From contig CP154954.1 in NCBI GenBank assembly GCA_039621445.1, forward strand, positions 10,931,521 to 10,995,520: DNA of 64,000 bases, given 5' to 3'. Positions 1-12,044 of the stretch are shown in pieces (positions within the stretch are counted from its first letter, which is position 1; each line of letters opens with the position of its first letter). The notes under the pieces were generated by a model that was given only the letters and a program-made list of their open reading frames with translations, searched no databases and was not told the DNA's origin. A program made the position numbers and the translations under genes. Origin of the DNA: Euglena gracilis (taxonomy: Eukaryota).

Positions 1-3000
1 AAAAAATTTTTCGAATTTTTTCGACTTTTTGACCCAAAAATGGCAAAATCCACCGGCCAGGGGGCGGGCCCCAGCCAGTCGTCAAATAAGGTCGCCATCA
101 CTTTTCCTCAACTCCGCAGCGTTTTCGAGATATTTTGAATTTTTCGATTTTTGGACCCCCCAAAAACCTGCAATTTCCCCGAAAAAAAAAACGGTACGCA
201 ACTTTTTTGCTCGGGCCCGATCTCCGGACTGGCGGGGAGTTGGGGCTATTGCGGGGGTGCTTGAGCAACCTGGGACCGTCTCCTAACCTATAGGATATTC
301 ATTTTGGGGACCCGGAAATTTGGTCATATCGATAATCCGCGGGACTCCCTGCCTACCCAGGGGGGGGGGGGCGGGGGGGGCGGGGGGGGGTCGGACCCCC
401 CCGTCGCCGGGGTGGTAAGCTTCGCTCTTACTCTAAAGAGATAAGAGCTCAGCGACCAGGGTGTGACGTAGAGCTGAGCTCTTTGGAAGACCACCCCGGC
501 CCGGACCGGGGAAAAGGCTCATTTTCGGCTCAAAAACAGTTTTTCCGGGTCAGGGAGGCCAAAAAAACACGGTTTTGGGGCCAAAATTTTTTTTCGGTTT
601 TTTTCGACTTTTTTGACCGGTTTTGACCCAAAGTCATGGGTTGGTGGCCCAAAACGGGGCGCTGGCGGGTCGAAAAACGCTCATTTTCGGCTCAAACACA
701 GGCTTTCCGGGTCCGGGAGGCCAAAAAACATCGTTTTGGGGCAAAAAATTTTTTTCGATTTTTTTCGACTTTTTTGACCCGGTTTTGACCCAAAGTCAAT
801 GGGTTGGCGGCCCAAAACGGGGCGCCGGCGGGTCGAAAAAAGCTCAATTTTGGCTCAAAAACACTTTTTACGGTTCCGGTAGGACAAAAATCATGGTTTT
901 GGGCAAAAAATTTTTTTTCGAATTTTTTCGACTTTTTGACCCAAAAATGGCAAAGTCCACCGGCCAGGGGGGCGGGCCCCAGCCAGGAGGGGCATGGGGG
1001 GGGGGTCCGGGTCGGAAATTTTTTTTTCGCTCAAAAACACTTTTTTTGATGTTCTGAAGTGAAAAAAAAGGTTTTTGAGCGAAAATTTTTTTTTCAAAAT
1101 TTTGGGTCCCGACCTGCCACCCGACCCCCACTCGCCCAGCCGCCCTGACGGCGCCCGGTGGGGTCCCCGAATACCCAAAACTGGCCCAAAATCGCACAAC
1201 CAGGCCCCGGGAACCCCAAAAAACGGTCAACCCCCCCCCCCTAAACCTAATGATTGACCCCCTGGTTTGGGTCCCAACTCCTCGTCTAGCCCGAGATACG
1301 GCCAATTTACGGTTTCGGGCCCCGAACAGGCCCTAAAAGGGCCAAAACTGGCCAAACTGGCCCAAAACCCCAAAACGGGCGTATCTCGGGCTGGGCGAGG
1401 AGTTGGCCCAAACCGCGCATACCGATCGATCGGGCGTCCCAAAGTTGTGGAATGATGTACTCTTTACTTTTTCGCAACTCCGCAGCGTTTTCGAGATATT
1501 TTGAATTTTTCGATTTTTTGACCCCTGCCCGGCAGCCCTCGAACCCCCGCAGGGGTCCCCGAATACCCAAAACTGGCCCAAAATCGCACAACCAGACCCC
1601 GGGAACCCCAAAAAAAAAACGGTCAAACCCCCCCCCTAAACCTAATGATTGACCCCCTGGTTTGGGTTCCAACTCCTGGTCTAGCCCGAGATATGGGCAA
1701 ATTACGGTTTCGGGCCCCGAACGGGCCCGAAATGGCCAAAACTGGCCAAACTGGCCCAAAACCCCAAAACGGCCGTATCTCGGGCTAGGCGGGGAGTCGG
1801 CCCAAAGCGCGCATACCGATCGATCGGGCGTCCCAAAGTTGTGGAATGACGTCCTCTTCACTTTTCCTCAACTCCGCAGCGTTTTCGAGATATTTTGAAA
1901 TTTTCGATTTTTTGACCCCAAAACGACCCTGCAATTTCCCCGAAAAAAAAAAACGGTAGACAACTTTTTTGATCGGGCCATATCTCCGGACTGGCGGGGA
2001 GTTGCGGGTAACCGAAGGGCTTGGAGCAACCTGGGACCGTCTCCTAACCTATAGGCTTTTCACTTTGGGGGGCCCGGAAATCCAATCACATCGATAATCC
2101 TCGGGTGCCCGGACCTACCCAGGGGGGTGGGGGGGGGCCCGGGGAGGGGGGCGGGGGCGGGGGGTTCGGACCCCCCCGTCGCCGGGGTGGTAAGCTTCGC
2201 TCTTACTCTAAAGAGATAAGAGCTCAGCGACCAGGGTGTGACGTAGAGCTGAGGTCTTTGGGAGACCACCCCGGCTCGGCCCGGGAAAAAAAACGATCAT
2301 TTTCATCTCAAAAACAGTTTTTTTCGGGTTCAGGAGGCCAAAAAACATCGGTTTGGACAAAAAATTTTCCACTTTTTTCGACTTTTTTTTTACCCAAATT
2401 CCATATGGGTTTCGGGCCAAAAACGGGGCGCTGAGGGCTTGAAAAACGCTCATTTTCGGCTCAAACACAGGCTTTCCGGGTCCGGGAGGCCAAAAAACAT
2501 CGTTTTGGGGCAAAAAAAAATTTTTCGATTTTTTTCGACTTTTTTGACCCGGTTTTGACCCAAAGTCAATGGGTTGGCGGCCCAAAACGGGGCGCCGGCG
2601 GGTCGAAAAACGCTCATTTTTGGCTCGAAAACACTTTTTTCGGGTCGGGGAGGTCAAAAATCATGGTTTTGGGCAAAAAAATTTTTTTCGAATTTTTTCG
2701 ACTTTTTGACCCAAAAATGGCAAAGTCCACCGGCCAGGGGGCGGGCCCCAGCCAGTCGTCAAATAAGGTCGCCATCACTTTTCCTCAACTCCGCAGCGTT
2801 TTCGAGATATTTTGAATTTTTCGATTTTTGGACCCCCCAAAAACCTGCAATTTCCCCGAAAAAAAAAACGGTACGCAACTTTTTTGCTCTGGCCAGATCT
2901 CCGGACTGGAGGGGAGTTGGGGCCATTGCGGGCGTGCTTGAGCAAACTGGGACAGTCTCCTAAGTTATAGGATATTCATTTTGGGGACCCGGAAATTTGG

Positions 3001-6000
3001 TCATATCGATAATCCGCGGGACTCCCTGCCTACCCAGGGGGGGGGGGGGGGGGGGGGCGGGGGGGTGGCGGACCCCCCCCGTCGCCGGGGTGGTAAGCTT
3101 CGCTCTTACTCTAAAGAGATAAGAGCTCAGCGACCAGGGTGTGACGTAGAGCTGAGCTCTTTGGAGACCACCCCGGCCAGGACCCGGGGAAAAAACGGCT
3201 CATTTTCGGCTAAAAAACAGTTTTTAAGGGTCAGGGAAGCCAAAAAAAAACGTTTTGGGGCCAAAATTTTTTTTCGGTTTTTTTCGACTTTTTTGACCGG
3301 TTTTGACCCAAAGTCATGGGTTGGTGGCCCAAAACGGGGCGCTGGCGGGTCGAAAAACGCTCATTTTCGGCTCAAACACAGGCTTTCCGGGTCCGGGAGG
3401 CCAAAAAAACATCGTTTTGGGGCAAAAAAATTTTTTCGATTTTTTTCGACTTTTTTGACCCGGTTTTGACCCAAAGTCAATGGGTTGGCGGCCCAAAACG
3501 GGGCGCCGGCGGGTCGAAAAAAGCTCATTTTTGGCTCGAAAACACTTTTTTCGGGTCCGGGAGGTCAAAAAACATGGTTTTAGGCAAAAAAAATTTTGTC
3601 GAATTTTTTCGACTTTTTGACCCAAAAATGGCCAAGTCCACCGGCCAGGGGCGGGGGCCCGAGCCAGGGGGGGCATGGGGGGGGGGTCCGGGTCGGAAAA
3701 AATTTTTTCGCTCAAAAACACTTTTTTTGATGTTCTGAAGTGAAAAAAAGTGTTTTTGAGCGAAAAAAAAAATTCAAAATTTTGGGTCCCGACCTGCCAC
3801 CCGACCCCCCCTCGCCCAGCCGCCCTGACGGGGGTGCTTGAGCAACCTGGGACCGTCTCCTAACCTATAGGATATTCATTTTGGGGACCCGGAAATTTGG
3901 TCATTTCAATTTTGTTCGGGGCTCCCGCCGGTTTTTTTGTTGACACAAATTCAATGGGTCGGCGGCCCAAAACGGGGCGCTGGCGGGTCGAAAAACGCTC
4001 ATTTTCGGCTCAAAAACAGTTTCTCCGGGTCCGGGAGGCCAAAAAACATGGTTTTACGCAAAAAAAAATTTCGTTTTTTTTCGCCTTTTTCGACCCGGTT
4101 TTGACCCAAAGTCAATTGGTCGGCGGCCCAAAACGGGGCGCTGGCGGGTCGAAAAACGCTCATTTTCGGCTCAAAAACAGTTTCTCCGGGTCCGGGAGGC
4201 CAAAAAACATGGTTTTACGCAAAAAAAATTTTTCGATTTTTTTCGACTTTTTTGGCCCGGGTTTGACCCAAAGTCAATGGGTTGGCGGCCCAGAACGGGG
4301 CGCTGGCGGGTCGAAAAACGCTCACCTTGGCTCAAAATTGGCCCAGCCAGGGGGGGGTCCGGGTCGGAAATTTTTTTTTCGCCCAAAAACACTTTTTTTG
4401 ATGTTCTGAAGTGAAAAAAAGTGTTTTTGAGCGAAAAAAAAATTTTCAAAATTTTGGGTCCCGACCTGCCACCCGACCCCCCCTCGCCCAGCCGCCCTGA
4501 CGGCGCCCGGTGGGGTCCCCGAATACCCAAAACTGGCCCAAAATCGCACAACCAGACCCCGGGAACCCCAAAAAACGGTCAAAACCCCCCCCTAAACCTA
4601 ATGTTTGACCCCCTGGTTTGGGTCCCAACTCCTCGTCTAGCCCGAGAAACGGCCAATTTACGGTTTCGGGCCCCGAAATGGCCAGAACTGGCAAAACTGG
4701 CCCAAAACCCCCAAACGGCCATATCTCGGGCTAGGCGAGGAGTTGTCCCAAACCGCGCATACCGATCGATAGGGCGTTCCAAGGTCGTCAAATGAGGTCG
4801 CGATCACTTTTCCTCAACTCCGCAGCGTTTTTGAGATATTTTGAATTTTTCGATTTTTGGACCCCAGCCCGGCCACCCTCGAACCCCTGCAGGGGTCCCC
4901 GAATACCCAAAAACTGGCCCAAAATCGCACAACCAGACCCCAAGGACCCCAAAAAACGGTCAAAACCCCCCCCTAAAACTAATGATTGACCCCCTGGTTT
5001 GGGTTCCAACTCCTCGTCTAGCCCGAGATATGGGCAAATTACGGTTTCAGGCCCCAAACGGGCCCGAAATGGCCAAAAACCCCAAAACTGGCCCAAAACC
5101 CCCAAAACGGCCCTATCTCGGGCTAGGCGAGGAGTTGTCCCAAACTGCGCATACCGATCGATAGGGCGTTCCAAGGTCGTCAAATGAGGTCGCCATCACT
5201 TTTCCTCAACTCCGCAGCGTTTTCGAGATATTTTGAATTTTTCGATTTTTGACCCCCAGCCCGGCCGCCCTCGAACCCCTGCAGGGGTCCCCGAATACCC
5301 AAAACTGGCCCAAAATCGCACAACCAGGCCCCGGGAACCCCAAAAAACGGTCAAAACCCCCCCTAAAACTAATGATTGACCCCCTGGTTTGGGTTCCAAC
5401 TCCTCGTCTAGCCCGAGATACGGCCAAATTACGGTTTCGGGCCCCGAATGGGCCCGAAATGGCCAAAACTGGCCAAACTGGCCCAAAACACCAAATCGGC
5501 CGTATCTCGGGCTAGGCGAGGAGTTGGCCCAAAGCGCGCATACCGATCGATCGGGCGTCCCAAGGTCGTCAAATAAGGTCGCCATCACTTTTCCTCAACT
5601 CCGCAGCGTTTTCGAGATATTTTGAATTTTTCGATTTTTGGACCCCGAAAAAACCTGCAATTTCCCCGAAAAAAAAAAACGGTACGCAACTTTTTTGCTC
5701 GGGCCCGATCTCCGAACTGGCGGGGAGTTACGGCTATTGTGGGGGTGCGTTGGCAACCTGGGACCGTCTCCTAACCTATAGGCCATTCACTTTGGGGACC
5801 CGGAAATTTGATCATATCGATAATCCGCAGGACTCCCTGCCTACACAGGGGGGGGCGGGGGCGGGGGGGGGGGGGGGGGGGGGGGGTCAGGGGGGGTCCC
5901 AAACCGGGGTGGTAAGCTTCGCTCTTACTCTAAAGAGATAAGAGCTCAGCGACCAGGGTGTGACGTAGAGCTGAGCTTTTTTGCCCCCGGTTTTGACCGA

Positions 6001-7118
6001 AAGTCCATGGGTTGGATGACGAACCAAAAGGGGCGCTTTGGGGGCCCATCCGGCTCCGGAGCGAAAGAAAAAAGCGAGAAAAGGGAAAAAAACGTCCATT
6101 TCAGCTCAAAAACATGTTTTCCGGGTCCATGGGGCCAAAAAACATGGTGTTGGGCGAAAAAAAATTTTTCGATTTTTTTCGACTTTTTTGCCCCGGTTTT
6201 GACCGAAAGTCAATGGGTTGGCGAACCAAAACGGGGCGCTGGCGGGTCGAAAAACGCTCATTTTCAGCTCAAAAACACTTTTTCCGGGTCCGGGAGGCCC
6301 AAAAACATGGTTTTGGGCGAAAAAAAAAAATTCGATTTTTTTCGACTTTTTGGCCCGAAAACGGCTAAGTCGGACAGTGGGAAAAGTGCACAAAACGGCC
6401 ATTTGGACCGAAAAACGGCCGTATCTCGGGCCAGGCGGGGAGTTGGCCCAAACTGCGCATACCGGTGGATAGGGCGTCCCAAAGTTGTGAAATGAGGTAC
6501 TCTTTAGTTTTTCTCAACTCCCCGGCGTTTTCGAGATATTTTGAATTTTTCGATTTTTTGACCCCAAAATGACCCCTTTTTGGCAGAGCCCCCCCGCTGG
6601 CAAAACCACAAAACGGCCGTATCTCGGGCTAGGCGGGGAGTTGGCCCAAACCGCGCATACCGGTGGAAAGGGCGTCCCAAAGTTGTGGAATGAGGTACTC
6701 TTTAGTTTTTTTCAACTCCCCGGCGTTTTCGAGATATTTTGAATTTTTCGATTTTTTGACCCCCAAAATGACCCCCTGTTGCCGGTCCAACAAAATTTCT
6801 TTGGAAAAAAAACGGTACGCAACTTTTTTGCTCGGGCCAGATCTCCGGCCTGGCGCGGAGTTGCGGGCAAAGTGAGGGCTCTGGACAAACTAGGGACCGT
6901 CTCCTAACCTATAGGCTATTAACCTTTCGGGTCCCGAAATCAGGTCACATCGATAATCCTCGGGTGCCCGAGCCTACTCAGGGGGGGGGGGGGCGGGGGG
7001 CGGGGGGGGGGCGGGGGGGGGGGGGGCGGGGGGGGGGCGGGGGGGGGGGGGGGGGGGGGGGGTTTCGGGGGGGTGGTAAGCTTCGCTCTTACTCTAAAGA
7101 GATAAGAGCTCAGCGACC
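1..7118. repeat. Composite head-to-tail tandem array (5 units, first truncated) of a probable non-autonomous element with internal satellites
   Basis: The junction ...GCTTCGCTCTTACTCTAAAGAGATAAGAGCTCAGCGACC|AGGGTGTGACGTAGAGCTGAG recurs at about 457, 2232, 3135 and 5954, and the array stops at the same GACC at about 7118. Units are about 1775, 903, 2819 and 1164 bp, built from shared ~160-bp and ~390-400-bp sub-repeats. Confidence 0.9.
4800..5590. repeat. ~390-400-bp satellite sub-unit, tandem copies (also at about 1460-1860; partial copies at about 1160 and 4515)
   Basis: Recurrent CTCAACTCCGCAGCGTTTTCGAGATATTTTGAATTTTTCGA ... CCCGAATACCCAAAACTGGCCCAAAATCGCACAACC ... ACCGATCGAT blocks at ~390-400 bp spacing. 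Confidence 0.85.
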
Positions 7119-7719
7119 CCCCCCAAAATAGAAGCCCCCCCCCCCGGGTTTCCCGCCGAAAATACAAATGATTGCCCCCCCCCCGACAAAGCCGGCCGAC
7201 AAACTTGACCAAAATTTTTCTGAAAAATGGTGAAAACCTCGAAAAAATCTCCACAAAAACAGGTCGACATCGGAACAAAATTGATATCTGGTATCCTTGA
7301 AACATAGCCTATCCACCCAAAACTCGAAAAAAATGCATCTTGCAAATTTTTAAATTTGGACCCCGTTCAATTCCCAGATTGGCCGCTGGCTGAAGGTTTT
7401 CCTTTAGACAAAGGGTACCCAATTAGAAGCCCCCCCCCCCCGCAGGTTTTCCGCAGAGTGACCGAATAGCAGCCCCGGGGGGCTTCTAATTGGGGGGGGG
7501 TTATGGACCTGGGGGGGGCCCCGGGGGGCTTCTAATTGGGGGGGGGGGCTTATGGACCTGGGGGGGGGTGATATCCACAATTTTCCCACAATTTTCCGCA
7601 ACTCTTTCTGCATGTTTTCCGCAATTCTTCTGCAATTCTCCGCAATTTTCCGCAATTTCCGCAATTTTTCCCCGCAAGTTTTCCGCAATTTTCCACCAAA
7701 TTTCCCGCCACTTTCCCAT

Positions 7720-10700
7720 ATCCGATGGACCGCCAGGCCGCAAGCCCGGCGGTCGCCCACCGGCTGGGGCAAGCGGCCCGCAGTGGTCCGGCCCCTTCCT
7801 GGGGGGCACTTTCTTCGGCCCCGGCCCCATCGAAGCCGGCGACGGCGGAATGTCGGGGCCCTTCTTCGGCGGCCGCGCCCCTCCCAGGCTGTTCGGCGGT
7901 GGCTGCCCTCGGGGTACCAGTTGCATGCTTCCCTCCCCCCAATTTCTTTGGGGAACTTAATTTGACCGAACAAAAGCTAAACCCCCAAAATGCGAACTTT
8001 TAGCAAAAAAAAAAAACCGACGACAGACCCCAACAATAGGAGCCCCCCCCCCCGGCATTCTTAGGAGAGGAAAATAATCCCCCCCAAAAAAGTGTGTAAA
8101 TAGCCCAAATTGATTTTTTTTGGATTTTTTTGGATTTTTTAACTTTTACCAATTTCCAGACACCAAAGGTAGCATTTCCATGACAATTTTTGTCCTTTAG
8201 GATAAATCCTGATTTTGAACCAATTGTTGGACCCTCCTGTGGGAATGCTTTTTCGGCCGAAACCCCCAAAAAACAAGACCACGTTGGGATTTCCTTCAAG
8301 AACCCAAAATTTGGATTTGAGTGCTCATTTGGGGGATTACCAAACTGGCGACCTTGAGCCCATTTTTTGGCGGTTGGTTAATGGCGTTTTTGTTTTAGCT
8401 TTGGTCACCCGAGCTTGAAAACCCCCTAATATGAGCAACCCCCTTCGCTGACAGCAACCCCAAATCTCAGCAACCCAACCCCCTCCCAGACCAGAAGGGG
8501 GTCTGGACAAATTCTGGGGAGGGGGGTGTCCCAGACCCCCCCCCCAAAAGGGTCAAATGTTTTCTTGCGGCGCTGCTTACCCAAAATTTTTGCACTTTTG
8601 ACACAGATTTTCGCCCAAAATGGCATCTTTTTCCATCGATTTTGGGAGGCCGAATGTTTTTTCCGGCCCATCGCTGCGCACCGGACCTAAATCGGTCCCC
8701 CCAGATCGCCCACTGTTTAGTTTAGATGGGTGGGCCATCTAAACTAAACCCGCCCCACACCCCCCCCGGACCGGACATGGTCCCACCTGCCCTTATATGG
8801 CACAAAAGCTTGTGCATATGCAATTCAACAGTTTCACATTATGGTTGTGTTGGCCGATGCCCCTGGGGGTCATCGCCTTTTTGCTTTCCGCGCGAAGGAT
8901 TGGAAGTGTTTCAGAAGTGCACGCGAAGCTGAATGGCAGCGTTCGTCTCACACATGAATCGCCTGCAGCGCAATTCCTTTTCTGCCTCCGAGTGCCTTCG
9001 GCCACGGCCACAGCTACGTCCCCGAGCTCCAGCTCGCCGTTTCGTGGCCGGGTCACGGGTTGTCCCCCAGGGTGTTTGGCTTGTGTGGCTGGCAGGGGGG
9101 AATTGATATGCGGAATTTTCCGCAATTCCCACACTTTTTCCGCAATTTCCGCAATTTTGCCGCATTTTTTCCGCAATTATTCCGAAGGTCTCCGATATCA
9201 ATCCCCCCCCCCGGGGCTGGCTTGGATGTGCGGTTCACCCTTCCGCGATCCCCTCCGGCTTGAGAAATCTCCTTTGTCGTCTTTGTCGTCCCGTTCTGGT
9301 ATGTGCTGATCCTCGCCTTTCCCACCTCAGAACATGTGAATCTGCGCTGGTGTTCCCATGCTCTGCCTCGTTTTCAGTTCATTATCTTCATCGTTGGTGT
9401 GGTTCAGGTTTGGTCGTCGTACCCAAGCCAGGAGGTTAGTGAAGGATGTTGGGTTAGGGTCAGGCCCAACCGGCCTGAGAGTTCGGTCGCACACACAACG
9501 CGCAGTCTCCTCCTTTTGTCGTTTTTTTTTGCATGTTTTGGTCAACGAAATGCGTATTTTTATGCAAAATGAGAAAATTTTTCTGGCGGAGCCAAAATTT
9601 TTCCCAGTTCTCTCCACAGCTCCAGCAGAAAGTATTCATCCCCAGGGGAGCTCCTAAAGGTTTTTATATGCGATATGCATTTTTTTTGTCTTTTTTGAGT
9701 GTTTTTTGTTTTTTGTGTCTCGTTTTTTTTTTGAGGGTCTGTGTTCTTTTTTTCCCCCGCCAAGCTGCAATCCACCTGCCATTTTTAAGGTGATGTTATA
9801 TTATCATGTGTATTATTATATATAACACTAAAACATACACATATCACAAATAACATACAACATAAAAATCACATATGTTAAAGTGTTATGTATGGCATAT
9901 GTGATGAGTAGCATATAAACAATAAGATTATGTGTATATTACATAATGTATAATACATTACCATATTCATCATGTGTAATGTATATTTATATATTTATAT
10001 TTATATGTATATAAATATACATATATACATATATACATTATATATATACATATATATATAAATGTTCTCTTCTGGGGGCAGCAAGAAAATCGCGGCAACT
10101 GTATTGGTTTTGCAATGGCCACGATTCAGAGCTCTTTGAGGTCAACCACCAAACTTAATTTTCCGAACACCAGGGGGTGCTGCCAATGGGGGGTTTGCCC
10201 CCCCCGGTGTGCGCCGCCCATCCCTTCCTCGCCCAGGGGATTCAGGGCCACAGACAGTTTTGCTCCGTTGCCGCCATCGCACCGCCCTGTTTCCAACGTG
10301 GGCCCCACAGTTGACGCCAGCTGCATTTCCCCCTCCCATCGAGCCTCCCCCTCCCTATTTCTGGACCATACCACTGCTGAGACATTGTGAGTGGCTGCTG
10401 GGGGGGGGGTGAAATTGCCTCTGGCTATCAGATTGATAAAATAAATACACACATATGTACATGAATGCATGATACATGAATATGTATACCCAGATTTGCC
10501 CACTCAGTTCCAGGTGCAGAGAAAAGTATTTTCCCAAATGATTGATGGTTCATATTTCTCTTGCATTTTTCTCTTGAATTTTTTTTTGCACTGTGAGGTC
10601 GGAAGTGCACGTTGAAAAATGTATTTCCGAAATGAAAATGCATGTTTCCGGGATTGACGATCCCCCCCAAAAAAACGGTTTCCCCTGAGACCCCGTCAAA

Positions 10701-11951
10701 TTCCCGCCCGGGAAACGTTCAGGGTCCCCGGGACTGCCAAGCTGTCAGGCGACAAAGGGGAGGCAGGAATGAAAGTGGTCAGGGATGAAGGACGACGTCA
10801 GCACCGGTCTGGCCCTGGCCCCACCAAGACCACCACAGTACGGGCAGGCGGGGCCCAGCGCTGGGTGGCCGCCCGTCAAGCGGGACGCGAAGGGCCGGCC
10901 AATCCGCCGCGCCCGGGCCTATTCTTTGGACGAGGCCACACTGTACAGGGCGGGTCCCCCAGCGCTGAACGGGAGTCCCGGCAGCCCTTTGGATGGTGAG
11001 GGGGGGGTCGACCCCCCACTCCACCCCATCCCGTAAGAAATGGCCAAAAGGGGGTTAAAATTGCCAAATGGGCAAGAAATAACCCCGGAGAAATTTCAAG
11101 TATGTTACTTGGTTGTGACACGTGATTGTTATTTTTTTCACTGGCAATCTCCCCACCTGCACTACGGCTGATTATTTATTAACCCCCCCCAAATAACGGG
11201 GCAGTGCCCTTTGAGTGGGCAGTGCCCAAATAACGGGGCGGGGGGAAGGCCGAAAAAGATGGTTCCAATAACGGGGCACCCTCAGTTTTTTTGGTCGAAG
11301 AGGTTAGTGAGGACGAAAATATTCCACAATTCTTGCCTGCCGCGAGTACATACATGTACATATGTATATACATATACATATGTATATACACAAATATGTA
11401 CATACACGCATATCTGTGTGTATGGCAGGGATTTACCAGTTATCCCCCCAGGGGGGTCCATCAGTAGTGAAAATCGGGGCGGGATCCAACGTTTGATGAT
11501 GGCAGGTAGTGCCCAAATAACGGGGCAGGGGGGAAGGTCAAAAAGATGGTGCCAGTAACGAGGCACCCCGCCTTACTACCACCTTCATTATTTACCACTA
11601 GGACGACCAGGCCAAACAGAACAGTGGGAAGCACCAGAGGTGCTTGCTCCGGTGAATGCATCTATCATCACCGTTGCAAACTTGTGAAGCAAATGGCACT
11701 TTGGGGTATTTTGAGGTGAACAAATAAATTTTGAAAACAGCAGACGAATGATGTGACCCCACGAAATGACCTTTGATCGTCCTGGAAGACCTATGGCCGT
11801 CAATATCCGTCCCCAGCCGTCCACAGCCGTCCCCAGCCGTCCACAGGTCCAAAACTGGGATTGACCATAGGCGCTTGGTCCCTGGTATCAGCCGACCTGT
11901 GAGCGTCGGATTTTTTTGCTTTGGTGATCTTTGGGGGGGGGGTTCTTGCAG

Positions 11952-12044
<93 letters not shown>

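Noticed and set aside
415-480. Hammerhead ribozyme on the minus strand (CTGA-stem-GAAG)
   Set aside because: The core lacks CUGANGA and GAAA, and no stem I/III arrangement with an NUH site was found.
1-7118. SL RNA/5S rRNA tandem gene array
   Set aside because: No recognisable euglenid spliced-leader or 5S sequence, and units vary greatly in length; a covariance-model search would be needed to exclude it fully.
29-7345. Numerous ORFs in the tandem array
   Set aside because: They are translations of repeats with homopolymer length changes between copies and no conserved frame or domain.
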